64,000 nucleotides of DNA from the human T2T-CHM13v2.0 reference genome, Homo sapiens: the NCBI RefSeq assembly GCF_009914755.1, contig NC_060928.1; one strand, written 5' to 3'. A model generated the notes under the pieces. It worked only from the letters and a program-made list of their open reading frames with translations, ran no database searches and was not told where the DNA came from. The translations under genes and the position numbers were made by a program. This document shows, in pieces, positions 14,538 to 25,760 of this stretch (the stretch's first letter is position 1; every line of letters begins with the position of its first letter).

Positions 14538-16322
14538 AAAAATCACAAACATTTCTTTACCCCAGCAATAGACAGGCAGAGACCCAAATCATGAATGAAC
14601 TCCCATTCACAATTGCTACAAAGAGAATAAAATACTTAGGAATACAACTTACAAGGGATGTGAAGGACCTCTTCAAGGAGAACTACAAACCACAACTCAA
14701 GGAAATAAGAGAGGACACAAATAGAAAAACATTCCATGCTCATGGATAGGAAGAATCAATATCATGAGAATGGCCATACTGCCCAAAGTAATTTGTAGAT
14801 TCAATGCTGTTCCCATCAAACAACCACTGACGCTCTTCACAGAATTAGAAAAAACTACTTTAAATTTCATATGGAATCAAAGAAGACCCCATATAGCCAA
14901 GACAATCCTAAGCAAAAAGAACAAAGCTGGAGGCATCACACTACCTGACTTCAAACTGTACTACAAGGCTACAGTAACCAAAATAGCATGGTACTGTACC
15001 AAAACAGACATATAAAACAAGGGAACAGAACAGAGACCTCAGAAATAACACCACACATCTACGACATCTGATCTTCAACAAACATGACAAAAACAAGCAA
15101 TGGGGAAAGGCTCTCCTGTTAAATAAATGATGCTGGGAAAACTGGCTAGCCATATGCAGAAAATTGAAACTGGAACCTTGCCTTACACCTTATGCAAAAA
15201 TTAACTCTAGATGGATTAAAGACTTAAATGTAAAACCCAAAACCACAAACACCCTAGAAGAAACCCTAGGCAATACCATTCAGTACATAGGCGTGGGCAA
15301 AGGCTTCATAACGGAAATGCCAAAAGCAATTGCAACAAAATCCAAAATTGACAAATGGCATCTAATTAAACTAAAGAGCTTTTGCACAGCAAAAAAAAAA
15401 AAAATTATCATCAGAGTGAACAGGCAACCTACAGAATGGGAGAAAATGTTTGCAATCTACCCATCTGACAAAGGTCTAATATCCAGAATTTACAAGGAAC
15501 TTAAACAAATTTACAAGAAAAAAGCAAACAACCCCATCAAAAAGTTGGTAAAGGATATGAACAGACACTTCTCAAAAGAAGACATTTACATGGCCAACAA
15601 ACATATGAAAAAAGTTCAACATCACTGATCATTAGAGAAATGCAAATCAAAACCAAAGTGAGATACCATCTCACGCCAGTTAAAATGGCGATTATTAAAA
15701 AGTCAAGAAACAATAGATGCTGGAGAGGCTGTGGAGAAATAGGAACACTTTTACACATTGGTGGGAATGAAAATTAGTTCAACCATTGTGGAAGACAGTG
15801 TGGTGATTCCTCAAGGATCAAGAACCAGAAATACCATTTGACCCAGCAATCCCATTACTGCGTATATACTCAAAGGAATGTAAATCATTCTACTATAAAG
15901 ACACATGCACACATATGTTTATTGCAGCATGATTTACAATAGCAAAGTCAAGGAATCACCCCAAATGCCCATCGATGATTGACTGGATAAAGAAAATGTT
16001 GTAGACATACACCATGAAATACTATGCAGCCATAAAAAGGAATGAAATCATGTCCTTTGCAGGGACATGGATGCTGGAAATCATCATCCTCAGCAAACTA
16101 ACACAGGAACAGAAAACCAAACACCGCATGTTCTCACTCCTAAGTGGGAGTTGAACAGTGAGAACACATGGAAACAGAGAGGGGAACAACACACACCAGG
16201 GGCCGTTGAGGGGTGGGGGGCAAGGGGAGGGAACTCAGACAATGAGTCAATAGGTGCAGCAAATCACCATGGCACACATATATCTATGTAACAAATCTGC
16301 AGGTTCTGCACATGTATACCGG

Positions 16323-17077
16323 TGAGAGGTGACAGGGTGCTGGCAGACCTCACTTGCTCTTGGTGCCTCCTCGGCCTCGGCACCCACTCTGGCTGCACTT
16401 GAGGAGCCCTTCAGCCCGCCGCTGCACTGTGGGAGCCCCTCTTGGCTGGCCGAGGCCAGAGCCGGCTCCCTCTGCTTGCAGGGAGGTGTGGAAGGAGAGA
16501 CGCAGCGCTCGTGGGCCAGCGCGAGTTGCGGGTGGACACAGGCTCGGCGGGCCCGGCACCAGGAGTGGCCAGCAGGTGCCGCTTGCCCCAGGCAGTGAGG
16601 GGCTTAGCACCCGGGGCAGCAGCTGCCGAGGGGGCGCCGGGTCCCCCAGCACTGCCGGCCCGCCCGCGCCACACTCGAATTCTCGCAGGGCCCCAGCCGC
16701 CTCCCTGCGGGGCAGGGCTCGGGACCTGCAGCCCGCCATGCCCGAGCCCTCCCCCACCCCCACCAGTGGGCTCCCGCGGGGCCAGAGCCTCCCCGACTGT
16801 CCTCTGGATGGGAGGAACGAACAACTCCAGACGCGCCACCTTAAGAGCTGTAACACTCACCGCGAAGGCCTGCAGCTTCACTCCTGAAGCCAGCCAGACC
16901 ATGAACCCACCAGAAGGAAGAAACTCCGAACACCTCCGAACACCTCCGAACACCTCCGAACATCAGAAGGAACAAATTCCAGACACACCATCTTTAAGAA
17001 CTGTAACACTCACACCGCGGGTCCGCGGCTTCATTCTTGAAGTCAGTGAGACCAAGAACCCACCAATTCCGGACACA
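16323..17077 (+). mobile_element. LTR12 (ERV9) solo LTR, internally deleted, inserted in the L1 3'UTR
   Basis: Starts TGAGAGGTGACAG, ends ACCAAGAACCCACCAATTCCGGACACA; GC/CpG-rich 5' part; U5-type repeats 'ctgtaacactcaccgcg'; only 755 bp. Confidence 0.93.
16924..16963 (+). repeat. 10-bp tandem repeat (ctccgaacac) x4 inside LTR12
   Basis: Three exact units plus ctccgaacat. Confidence 0.95.
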
Positions 17078-17659
17078 ACTTAAAATAAATAATTTTAAAA
17101 ATCTTAAGAGAAAGAAAGAAAAATACCTTGAGGAGATAAATGTCACCTTTAAAAATAACCATTCTCCTAATTATTTTCATTTCCAATACTTCCTATGAGA
17201 AAAACATGTGCTGTGTTATCTAACTATGAGTCTTGAGTACTGAGGATCTTCTTCACAAAGTCACAGTATATGACAGAGTGAATATTTTCAGCCTAAGAAA
17301 TATGTAGAATGTCCTTTGCCAAACAGCAATAAAGAAAAGTGGAGAAAAAATTTATTCCCATTTATGTGCTTTACTTTCTAATTAACAGCCACAATAGCAT
17401 CAAAGAAAAACTCTCTTTTTTAGGGGAAAAATATGATTCTGGAAAATTTGAAATTGTCTCTGGCAAAAGCATGATGAGAGGGACCAAATATAGGATGCCA
17501 AGTTTCTGGCCATTCTCATTTATTTTATATTACACCTAAGAAACCCAGTCTAATTCTCCATCCTTATGTATGAAGTTCTTTCCTTTATTTTATGGCACAC
17601 ATAACTAGTATATACAATTGTTTCCTCATAACACGTTATTTATACACTAGGCTATTGTC

Positions 17660-18265
17660 ATCTTCTAGAAGTGGAAAAGTATAGGGCTCAAGTACATAGG
17701 CTCTGTATCCCAGCTCTCCCACTTAGTAAATTTAGATAAGTGGCTTCACCTCTCTATGCTTCACTTTTCTTTTTTGTAAAATGGAGCTTATAAAAATACG
17801 TATTTCAAAAATTTAAAGACAAAAGTTTTCACATTTTAACATTTCTGAAATCAGGATGTGTCTTAACAATTGCGATCAGGCTAACCTGTAGTTGGGTTTC
17901 GCCAAAGAGGATTTTATTGTGCTCCTGCCCAGAATTTTCTACCCTTCCTGAATCCAGTGCAAAGATTGAGCCATGCAAGTGCTCTTGCTTTACCCTTCTG
18001 GGTGATGGATTTATTTTCATTTACCCTTATCCTGAGGGTAGAGATAGCCCTTTGTTGTCCTGGATTTATAGAACGTTCTCCTATCTTAAATGATGTTTCT
18101 TTCTTTGTATTGTATTAAATAACAGTGCATCTTACAATTGAAAACTCTTAGATGTGAAGAACTCTCTCAGAGGGTAGATGTGAGGAGTAAATAAGATCAT
18201 GCATGAAAGAGCCGATAGTAGTGCATGCCACATGACAAGCACTCAACAAGTGCTATCATTTCTGT
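17660..18265. mobile_element. MIR split by a MER104-like (Tc2) element at ~17798-18162
   Basis: MIR core 'taagtggcttcacctctctatgcttcac...tgtaaaatggag' resumes at 'cagagggtagatgtgaggagtaaataagat'; intervening 'cgtatttca...ttcacattttaacatttctgaaatcaggatgtgtctt' and 'gcatcttacaattg...cttagat' match recalled MER104 ends. Confidence 0.65.
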
Positions 18266-18372
18266 CTTACTATCAATATCTAGTTGTCGCTAAACAGAGA
18301 AACATGTTAGTTACCATTTCTGTCTTACTATCAATATCTAGTTGTCACTAAACAGAGAAACATGTTAGTTAC
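18257..18372 (+). repeat. 58-bp tandem duplication
   Basis: 18257-18314 and 18315-18372 are identical except one G/A at a CpG. Confidence 0.97.
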
Positions 18373-19065
18373 TTAATTCTCTTAACCTATGTACAAAATG
18401 CAAGACTCAAAATGAACTAATAATGCCATTTAAAATAGACCAACTAAAGCAGTGCCCCTGTGAAATCCAGGGTAGCCATCGCCTGTGGTTAGCGATGGCC
18501 TCCACAGGGCAAGACTCAAACTCAGTCTATTTGCCAGAAGTGACCTTGCCAAATGTTTCAAATCCCCTCTGCTGGTTAAGACTGGCTTTACAGAAAGTGT
18601 TTCCATTATTGTTAATGGAAGGAGGGATTTAATCTTGCAGAGTTCCTCCTTAACATGCTCAAAATGGACTCCCCGGAGTTCTACAGATGCTGCATCAGCA
18701 GGGCAGGCGGGCTGGCTGGCAAAGATGCAATTCTCCTGGTCTCCCAAAGACTAACTCGAAGGTCATGCTACTTTGCTAATTCAGTAAAATGTAATTACAC
18801 TGCAAAAAGCTGGTTCTTTTTTGTTCCTCTTATTGATGTACAAAGTTCTTAAATGCCAGGGTGCTCACATACATACATATTCAGCAGCAGTGCATCTGCA
18901 TCTATTCAAAGAGCTCTAGATTTGGGCTTGAGAAGGAACAAGTCAATATGCACCATCTACAGCCAATGGCAATAATTGATCTTCCTTTTCTGGGTCCAAG
19001 CCCTTTTCCTCTGCCACTCAAGCATGCAGGAAGCAGACCAGTGATGGCAGATTATGTATTACTTT

Positions 19066-19179
19066 CAGAGCTGCTTCATTGTGCAACTCCAAGGGGTGCT
19101 ATTCACATCACAGTCTCTGTGAACAGTGCCCCCTGGAGTTACGCAGGCACTATTTGTGAGGCCATAAATGGCAGCCCTG
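19066..19179. mobile_element. MER91-like palindromic hAT-Tip100 MITE carrying a CTCF-like motif
   Basis: TIRs cagagctgc...gcagccctg; internal inverted repeat aactccaaggggtgctattcaca / tgtgaacagtgccccctggagtt. Confidence 0.75.
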
Positions 19180-19999
19180 GTTACTAGTAATTGGAGCTAA
19201 GGCAGGATCACATGGATTCTCTATAAACTAAAACATACATTGAGGTTATTTGATAGTGCCCTGACTAATAAAATATCATACCTTAAAAACAAACAAATAA
19301 ATAAGCAAATAAATAACTTGCAACTACAGTAACCATGGTTTTATAATTACTGTCTTTATCGAAGTGTATTATTTATCTATACAGCAAATAACCTAAAGGA
19401 GAACCTGTATAAGGCTTCCAGTGTTTAAAACAACCCAGCTTTTTTGTTTATAAGCATCAACCTGGTATGGGTGTAAGTGGTACAAAACACCAGAGGATTC
19501 ATCCAGCCTCCAGATTATCCCTCTGAGTTGTCTCTCTTTTCAAAAGTCTCCACAGACGATCTCCACCTTCTATAGTTACTCATACTAATGTCACTCCTCT
19601 TAAGGTCACAATTTCTTCCTGTTTTATAATAAAATCCATTCTTTTACCACTAAAGTCACTTTCTGAAGGTAAATCTTTAAGGAAGATAAAGACAGTTCTT
19701 TTTGTTAGTATAAAGTAGTTCACACTTCCAAATTTTAAGTCCTTGTTAAAGAAATCTGATATTGTGCCATACCTCCTGCCCCAAATAAGTTTCCCAGACC
19801 ACTGTTTGGCAATGTGTTCTCTAAAAATCCTAAATCAGAGGTGGCCTTTTCTGAGTAACAATAAACTAAGTGCTCAAATATAATGAAATTTTGTCCATCA
19901 ATCATTTCTTTCTTCAGGTTATTTGATATTCTATGATTCTTTTTTCTTTTTAATTAAACAGCCTCTAATGCTCCCCCACAATCCTGGATTTGGGGTGAA

Positions 20000-21605
20000 T
20001 GAAAAAGAAAGTCTGTACTTCCTAGTTTACCTTCTCTAATGTTAAACTGCAGAGAGTGGAATGGGTACACTCCTTCCTTTTTGGCAGAACAAGTAGGCAC
20101 CCATGCCAGAGTAGGAATAGCTCCCAGGGCCCAAGGATGTCACAGCACAAGCAGGGTGAAAGAGTGTTCCCATGAGGGGGCAGCCTGTGTGGAATATCAG
20201 AGCTCTAGCAGGGGGAGGAACAGCCCAAAACGTGGAGTCAGAGCCTGAGAAGTATGTAATATGCAGTGTCAGAGTCCTCGCAAGGGCAGGAGGGCATCCA
20301 CAGGGGTGGCCTTTTACAGGGTATCAGGAGGGTATGAGTAGGATAATAAGGGTTTTCAGCTAATGGAGGAGGGAGGAAGTGGTATTGAGGTGTCAGAGCC
20401 TAACCAGGGTGAAGGTGAAGGAAATGGCAGTGGAGATGGGAAACTGGTTACATACAAAGGGTGATCAAATATGTAAATAAATAGATAAGGATGATGGGTT
20501 CCTGGTTTCTCATTATTGGAGAAGTGGGTTTCAAATATGGAAAAGAAGAAAACTAAAATGACCTTTGTAATGTTGAAGGAGAACTGGTAGTATCCATGTG
20601 AACCCATGTTTTTCAATATATAGAGAGAAAAAAGAAATAAATATAATGTAAATATGCATTTGAATATGTGGGGGGGGTCAATGAGATGGTATCTGTGAAT
20701 ATATATTATATACAATACATATATATGCACACATAACACATATACATACACATACACATACACATTCCGTAAGGCTGGGAGGTATATGCCAACAGCAACA
20801 AGTAGGCCTGTTGCCCATATCTGGGTCCCTGAGTACCATTCCTTACAAAAAATAAATAAAAATAAAAATAAACTGGAACCATTTGGAGACCTGTCTCAAT
20901 ATAGGGCTGCGGCAATGTACCTGACAAACATGTCTAAACTGTATCATGAGAAAATATCAAACAAACCGAGACTGAAGGACATTCTACAAAATAAATGGCC
21001 TGCAATCTTCAAAAATATCGAGGTCATGAAAGTCAAGGAAAGTCTGAGAAACTCTTCCAAACCGAGAGAGACTAAAGAGATATGACAACTAGATAAAACA
21101 CATAATTCTGAACTGGATGATTCTCTATAAAGGATATTATTGAGGCAATTGACAAAACTTGAATGGAGTCAGAAGATTAAATACTGGTAATGTATTATCA
21201 ATATTAATTTTCTCTATTTGATGCTTACACTATGTTTATGTAGGACAGTCTTTGTGGGAAACAATATACTAGACATTAACATTGTAACCATGTTAAGTTT
21301 CCTGAATTTGATCTTTGTACTGCAATTATAAAAGAGAATATCCTTATTCTAAGGAGATGCATACTGACATGTTTTGAGGTGAAGTATTATGATGTATACA
21401 GTTTAATCTCACATGTTTCAGAAAAAAATACTCATAATAGTAATGCATACACATTCACATATATAATATGTGTGTGTGTGTGGAAAGAGAAAGGGAGAGT
21501 GAGAGCACAATTAACGAGCCCAGATGAAGAATATGTACAGATTCCTTTTGCTCCTTTGGAACTCTTTCAGGCTTGAAATTTTTTTTCAAAATAAAAATTT
21601 CAACA
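20000..21605 (+). mobile_element. Ancient L1MC/L1ME 3' region
   Basis: L1MC4-like motifs ('gtgtcagagcc...agggtga', 'gacattctacaaaataaatggcctgcaatcttcaaaaatatcgaggtcatgaaagtcaagg'); ends 'tttcaaaataaaaa'. Confidence 0.75.
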
Positions 21606-21819
21606 ATAAAAGAGCAAAGCAAACTCAAAATCACCTCCATCATGCTTCCCAATCTTAGTGACATACCTGAATTCTCAGGGGTGCTTTTTATAAACTAAAG
21701 ATTACTAACATATACCCCAGGTTTACAAATCAAAATCTTTGAGAATTCTGACTAGAAAATTTTCAGAGTTTCTCAGGCGTTTGAATGCATCTCATCTACT
21801 GACCAGCATTTTGGAGCCA

Positions 21820-21960
21820 CTAATCTGTCTCCCTCATTTTATGAATGAAGAAACTGAGACCCCAAGAGGTTATGGACCTTGATTAAGGCCACAATGATAG
21901 GTAATGACAGAGAGATCAGAATCTAGGTCTCCTAACTCCCAGCCCAGGTTTCTTTGATCA
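21820..21960. mobile_element. MIR fragment
   Basis: 'cctcattttatgaatgaagaaactgagacccaagaggtta...aaggccaca'. Confidence 0.75.
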
Positions 21961-23081
21961 CAATTCATAAAGGGATGCCCTTCAGAAGGATTGCTTTTAA
22001 AAATGTATATATATTGCTCTTTATAGTTTTCGCAACTTAAAATGTTGTTGAGTTCGACCACAAAGCTTCCTAGAGAGCTCTGCAATGCGATTTTGACTAT
22101 CCTCAGAGCACAGAGCTAAATTGGAGACCTCATCTTGGAAAATATATAAACTGGTTTTTAATCATCATCTTTTTCAAGTCAAAAAGTCAAGCCTTTTAAC
22201 ATTTGCTAGAGTTAATGGGTTTCATCCCTAAAGGAAATAAAAGCAGTTGGAAGAAAGAAGTGGGGCAAGCAAGTAAAGAGCCTATGTTGATGAAGATAAT
22301 CTCTGATGAGACTCAACCAGCTTGACTGAAGCATTACTCTTCCCGTCTCTAGAATGCAGAAGCAATTATATCAAACAGAGAAACTATGCGTTTGCACTGG
22401 AATCTTATGGTGAAATATCTGTGGATTTCCTACCAAGCATCTCTTCTCAAGAGAAACAGGAAAAGGATAAATTATATCAGTTTATTCTTTTGATTCCCTC
22501 TGCTGAGCCAGTTCCTGCTTCAGTGAGAGAAACCTTATAATCAGATTTGTGCAAGTATTTCTGTCCAGGCTTGCTGAGCTTTGTCAGCACAAAATGTTCA
22601 CAAACTGCTAACATACAGTAGTATTTTTTTTCAGTCGATTTGTACAGTATCATTTAATTTCACTTTTTTCCACCTATAGACCACATATTATATTCCCAGA
22701 CAGAGAAAAGAAAAAGCTACTCACCTAGAAAACCCACTAACCTCCCATCACATAAGAATCTGGAGACCAGAGAATGCAGTTAACACGAGTGTGTTTAAAG
22801 AAACCAAGCCCCAGTTCCTGACAGTTGAATAAGTGTGGAATTCACAACAGCAGAATATTTCTACTAGCTCGAGTATACTTAAGCTAACACACTAAATAGG
22901 ATTGTTAAGCGTTATCTTTGAGCCAGAAGTGAGTCCACCAGCTAATTCCACTACCTACTCGCTCTGCTACACCACAATCTTGGTTTTTACCAGAAACCAT
23001 CATAAGTTGAGATATTTGTAGCAGAGGAATGGGGCAATGCCATGCCTGTAGTCAGTGATAACCTGTATTTCCAAGAAAGTA

Positions 23082-23439
23082 CAGGTGGTCCTTGACCTAC
23101 AGTGGTTTGACTTACAATGGTTTAACTTGGGATATTTTGACTTTATGATGGCACTTTCAGCTGTGTACATTAGTAGTCAGAACCTATAACCACTTTGTTT
23201 TACACTTCCAGTGCAGTAGTCAACAAGTCACATGAGATATTCAACATTTTATTAGGAAATGGGCTTTGTATTAGATGATTTGCCCATCTATAAACTAATG
23301 CAAGCACATTTAAGGTAGGCTAAGTTAAACTATGAAATTCGGTAGGTTAGGTGTATTAAATGCATTTTGACTTAACAGTATTTTCAACTTACGATGGGCT
23401 GATTGAGATGTAACCCCATGGTAAGTAGAGGAGCATCTA
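23082..23439 (-). mobile_element. MER47A-like (TcMar-Tigger) non-autonomous DNA transposon
   Basis: TA-flanked; TIR-like ends caggtggtccttgacctac / gtaagtagaggagcatcta; internal 'ggtaggttaggtgtattaaatgcattt'. Confidence 0.85.
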
Positions 23440-23539
23440 TATTATAAATCCAGCCAAATATTCTCCTCATTGCTGAGGTCAGAAGTCTAGGACTTCTCTT
23501 CCCTCTTATGTAATAAGTCTTAATGTTTTGTAAGTGTGA

Positions 23540-23820
23540 CTTTTCCTTTTCTCACAGATCTATCCTCTCTCTTCTGTTTCTACTGCTTGGGTCAGTCTCT
23601 CAACTATCTTTGATTTAGACACTTTGAATAGCATTCTAATGTGTTTCCATGTCATTGATCTTTCCATTTTCCATCCATTCTTTATGGTGCTCCTGAGTTA
23701 ATTTCTTTAAAATATAGATTTGATTATCTATATACTTAATCAAAAGTCTTTTGCGGCTCCCTGTGACCTACAGAATAAAGCCCAGCTCTTTGCACAGCTT
23801 TCTACCCCTTTGCATAACAC
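23540..23820 (+). mobile_element. L2 fragment
   Basis: Pyrimidine-rich L2 3' region motifs ('aatagcattctaatgtgtttcc', 'ggctccctgtgacctacagaataaagcccagctc'). Confidence 0.55.
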
Positions 23821-24010
23821 TTCTGGTAACATGAGGGACTGAAACAATATTAATATAAATGGGCTCACATCTCACAAGGAACATGGAAATGCTGATTAAT
23901 AGATCCAAATATAGTGCTGGCGTGGCCGCCAGGAGGCGCAGCCAAGTCGCGGCTGCTCTTCCTGGTTCCCAGAGGCCCAGACTTGCACTTAGGAGCCAGC
24001 GCAAGCTCCG

Positions 24011-24022
24011 TGCGCATGCGCG
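24011..24022. promoter_or_regulatory. NRF1-type motif (TGCGCATGCGC) in the retrocopy 5' leader
   Basis: Match to the palindromic NRF1 core GCGCATGCGC, in CpG-rich context ~25 bp upstream of the ATG. Confidence 0.55.
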
Positions 24023-24043
24023 CTCCCCGCTCACGCAGACAAC

Positions 24044-24883
24044 ATGGCTCCAGTGGAGCACGTTGTGGCGGATGCTGGGGCTTTCCTTCGGGATGCGGCT
24101 CTGCAGGACATCGGGAAGAACATTTACATCATCCGGGAGGTGGTCACTGAGTTTCGGGACAAGGCCACATGCAGGCGGCTCGCTGTCCTGCCCTATGAGC
24201 TGCGGTTCAAGGAGCCCTTACCAGAATACGTGCAGCTGGTGACTGAGTTTTCAAAGAAAACAGGAGACTACCCCAGCCTCTCTGCCACGGACATCCAACT
24301 GCTTGCGCTCACATACCAGTTGGAAGCAGAGTTTGTTGGGGTGTCTCACCTAAAACAAGAACCACAGAAGGTTAAACTGAGCTCATCGATTCAGCACCCA
24401 GAAACACCTCTGCACATTTCTGGTTTCCATCTGCCCTCCAAGCCTAAACCCCCACAAGAAACAGAAAAAGGACACCCAGCTTGTGAGCCTGAGAACCTGG
24501 AATTTAGTTCCTTCATGTTCTGGAGAAACCCTCTGCCCAACATCGATCATGAACTGCAGGAGCCGCTGATTGACAGAGGTGAGGACGTTCCAAGAGAGGA
24601 GGAGGAGGAGGAAGAAAACGGGTTTGAAGACAGAAAAGATGACAGCGATGACGACGGGGGTGGCTGGATAACCCCCAGTAACATCAAGCAGATCCAGCAG
24701 GAGCTGGAGCAGTGCGACGTCCCCGAGGACGTGCGGGTTGGCTGCGTGACCACAGACTTCCCCAGGCAGAATGTTCTGCTGCAGATGGGGCTGCACGTGC
24801 TGGCGGTGAACTGCATGCTGATTCGTGAGGCCCAGAGCTACGTCTGGGCTGCCACGGCTGTTTCAAGACAACGTCTGACATGA
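24044..24883 (+). CDS. Open 279-aa N-terminal ORF of the NOB1 retrocopy (PIN domain plus acidic linker, frameshifted tail); expression unknown
   Basis: ORF track; good Kozak context (aacATGg); diverges from NOB1 after ...IREAQSY. Confidence 0.3.
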   Translation: MAPVEHVVADAGAFLRDAALQDIGKNIYIIREVVTEFRDKATCRRLAVLPYELRFKEPLPEYVQLVTEFSKKTGDYPSLSATDIQLLALTYQLEAEFVGVSHLKQEPQKVKLSSSIQHPETPLHISGFHLPSKPKPPQETEKGHPACEPENLEFSSFMFWRNPLPNIDHELQEPLIDRGEDVPREEEEEEENGFEDRKDDSDDDGGGWITPSNIKQIQQELEQCDVPEDVRVGCVTTDFPRQNVLLQMGLHVLAVNCMLIREAQSYVWAATAVSRQRLT

Positions 24884-25281
24884 GCCGAATGTTCTGTTCA
24901 CACTGTGGGAACAAGACCCTGAAGAAAGTGTCCGTGACCATCAGTGACGACGGCACCCTGCACATGCACTTCTCCCGCAACCCCAAGGTGCTGAACGCCC
25001 GCGGCCTCCGGTACTCGCTTCCCACTCCCAAAGGGGGCAAATACGCCATCAACCCCCATCTCACCGAGGATCAGCGCTTCCCTCAACCGCGACTCTCCCG
25101 AAAGGCCAGGCAGAAAACCAACGTGTTCGCCCCTGACTACATCTCCGGGATGTCGCCCTTTGTCGAGAATGACATCTCCAGCCGCTCAGCTACCCTACAG
25201 GTCCGGGACAGCACCTTGGGAGCTGGGCGGAGACGCTTAAATCCCAACGCTTCCAGAAAGAAGTTTGTGAAGAAAAGGTGA
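24880..25281 (+). CDS. 133-aa C-terminal ORF of the NOB1 retrocopy (second CxxC of the zinc ribbon plus C-terminus); expression unknown
   Basis: ORF track; ATG overlaps the upstream TGA (ATGA 24880-24883). Confidence 0.2.
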   Translation: MSRMFCSHCGNKTLKKVSVTISDDGTLHMHFSRNPKVLNARGLRYSLPTPKGGKYAINPHLTEDQRFPQPRLSRKARQKTNVFAPDYISGMSPFVENDISSRSATLQVRDSTLGAGRRRLNPNASRKKFVKKR

Positions 25282-25720
25282 AGAGCGAGTTCCCGCAGGC
25301 AAATTGGATGGGCGTCTGGCCGCCGTGGAGTTCCGGTGACCCATTACCCCAGCCATGTCGTCGCCAGGACCACCCGATGGAAATTAACAGGCGGGCTTCA
25401 CGGTGCGGTTCTGCCCGCCCATGCCCTGCCGGGTCTGCACGGAACTGGACTGTCCCATGGCCTGTGAGCATCGGAGCGCCTGGCTGCCTGCCAAGGAAGG
25501 GGAATTGGATAAAAACAGGAAGAACAATGCCCTGGAGCCAATCTTTAAGAAAGGAGTTTCCAAAGGATAATATTTTTCTAATAAATGCGGCTGCAAGCTC
25601 CTGTGCATTTTATTAAATAGGCCAAATTTTTGCTGCTTAGGTCATCTCAAGGCTGACACTTGAGCTGTGTGCCCAGTTCAGATTTATCTTTTTGCTAGAA
25701 AATACAAGGTTATAATAAAA

Positions 25721-25760
<40 letters not shown>

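Larger units (their letters stand above)
23914..25757 (+). pseudogene. NOB1: Processed pseudogene (retrocopy) of NOB1, the 18S rRNA site-D PIN endonuclease
   Basis: Intronless; translation matches NOB1 from MAPVEHVVADAGAFLR to RRRLNPNASRKKFVKKR; 1-bp deletion near 24845; 3'UTR, AATAAA 25714-25719, 35-A tail 25723-25757; TSD atccaaatata at 23903-23913 and 25757-25767. Confidence 0.97.

Noticed and set aside
16329-17083. Several overlapping 168-213 aa ORFs on both strands
   Set aside because: All lie in the GC-rich LTR12; stop-poor composition, no recognisable protein.
18423-19187. Cluster of 65-108 aa ORFs in unique sequence
   Set aside because: No recognisable homology, no convincing splice-site pairs; partly overlaps the MER91-like element.
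20190-20420. Recurrent 'tcagagc...aggg' motif resembling a spaced repeat array
   Set aside because: Irregular spacing and degenerate; consistent with intrinsic repeats of the L1MC 3' region, not a CRISPR-like array.
23768-25616. Alternative-frame and antisense ORFs over the NOB1 retrocopy
   Set aside because: Shadow ORFs of GC-rich coding sequence; no independent support.
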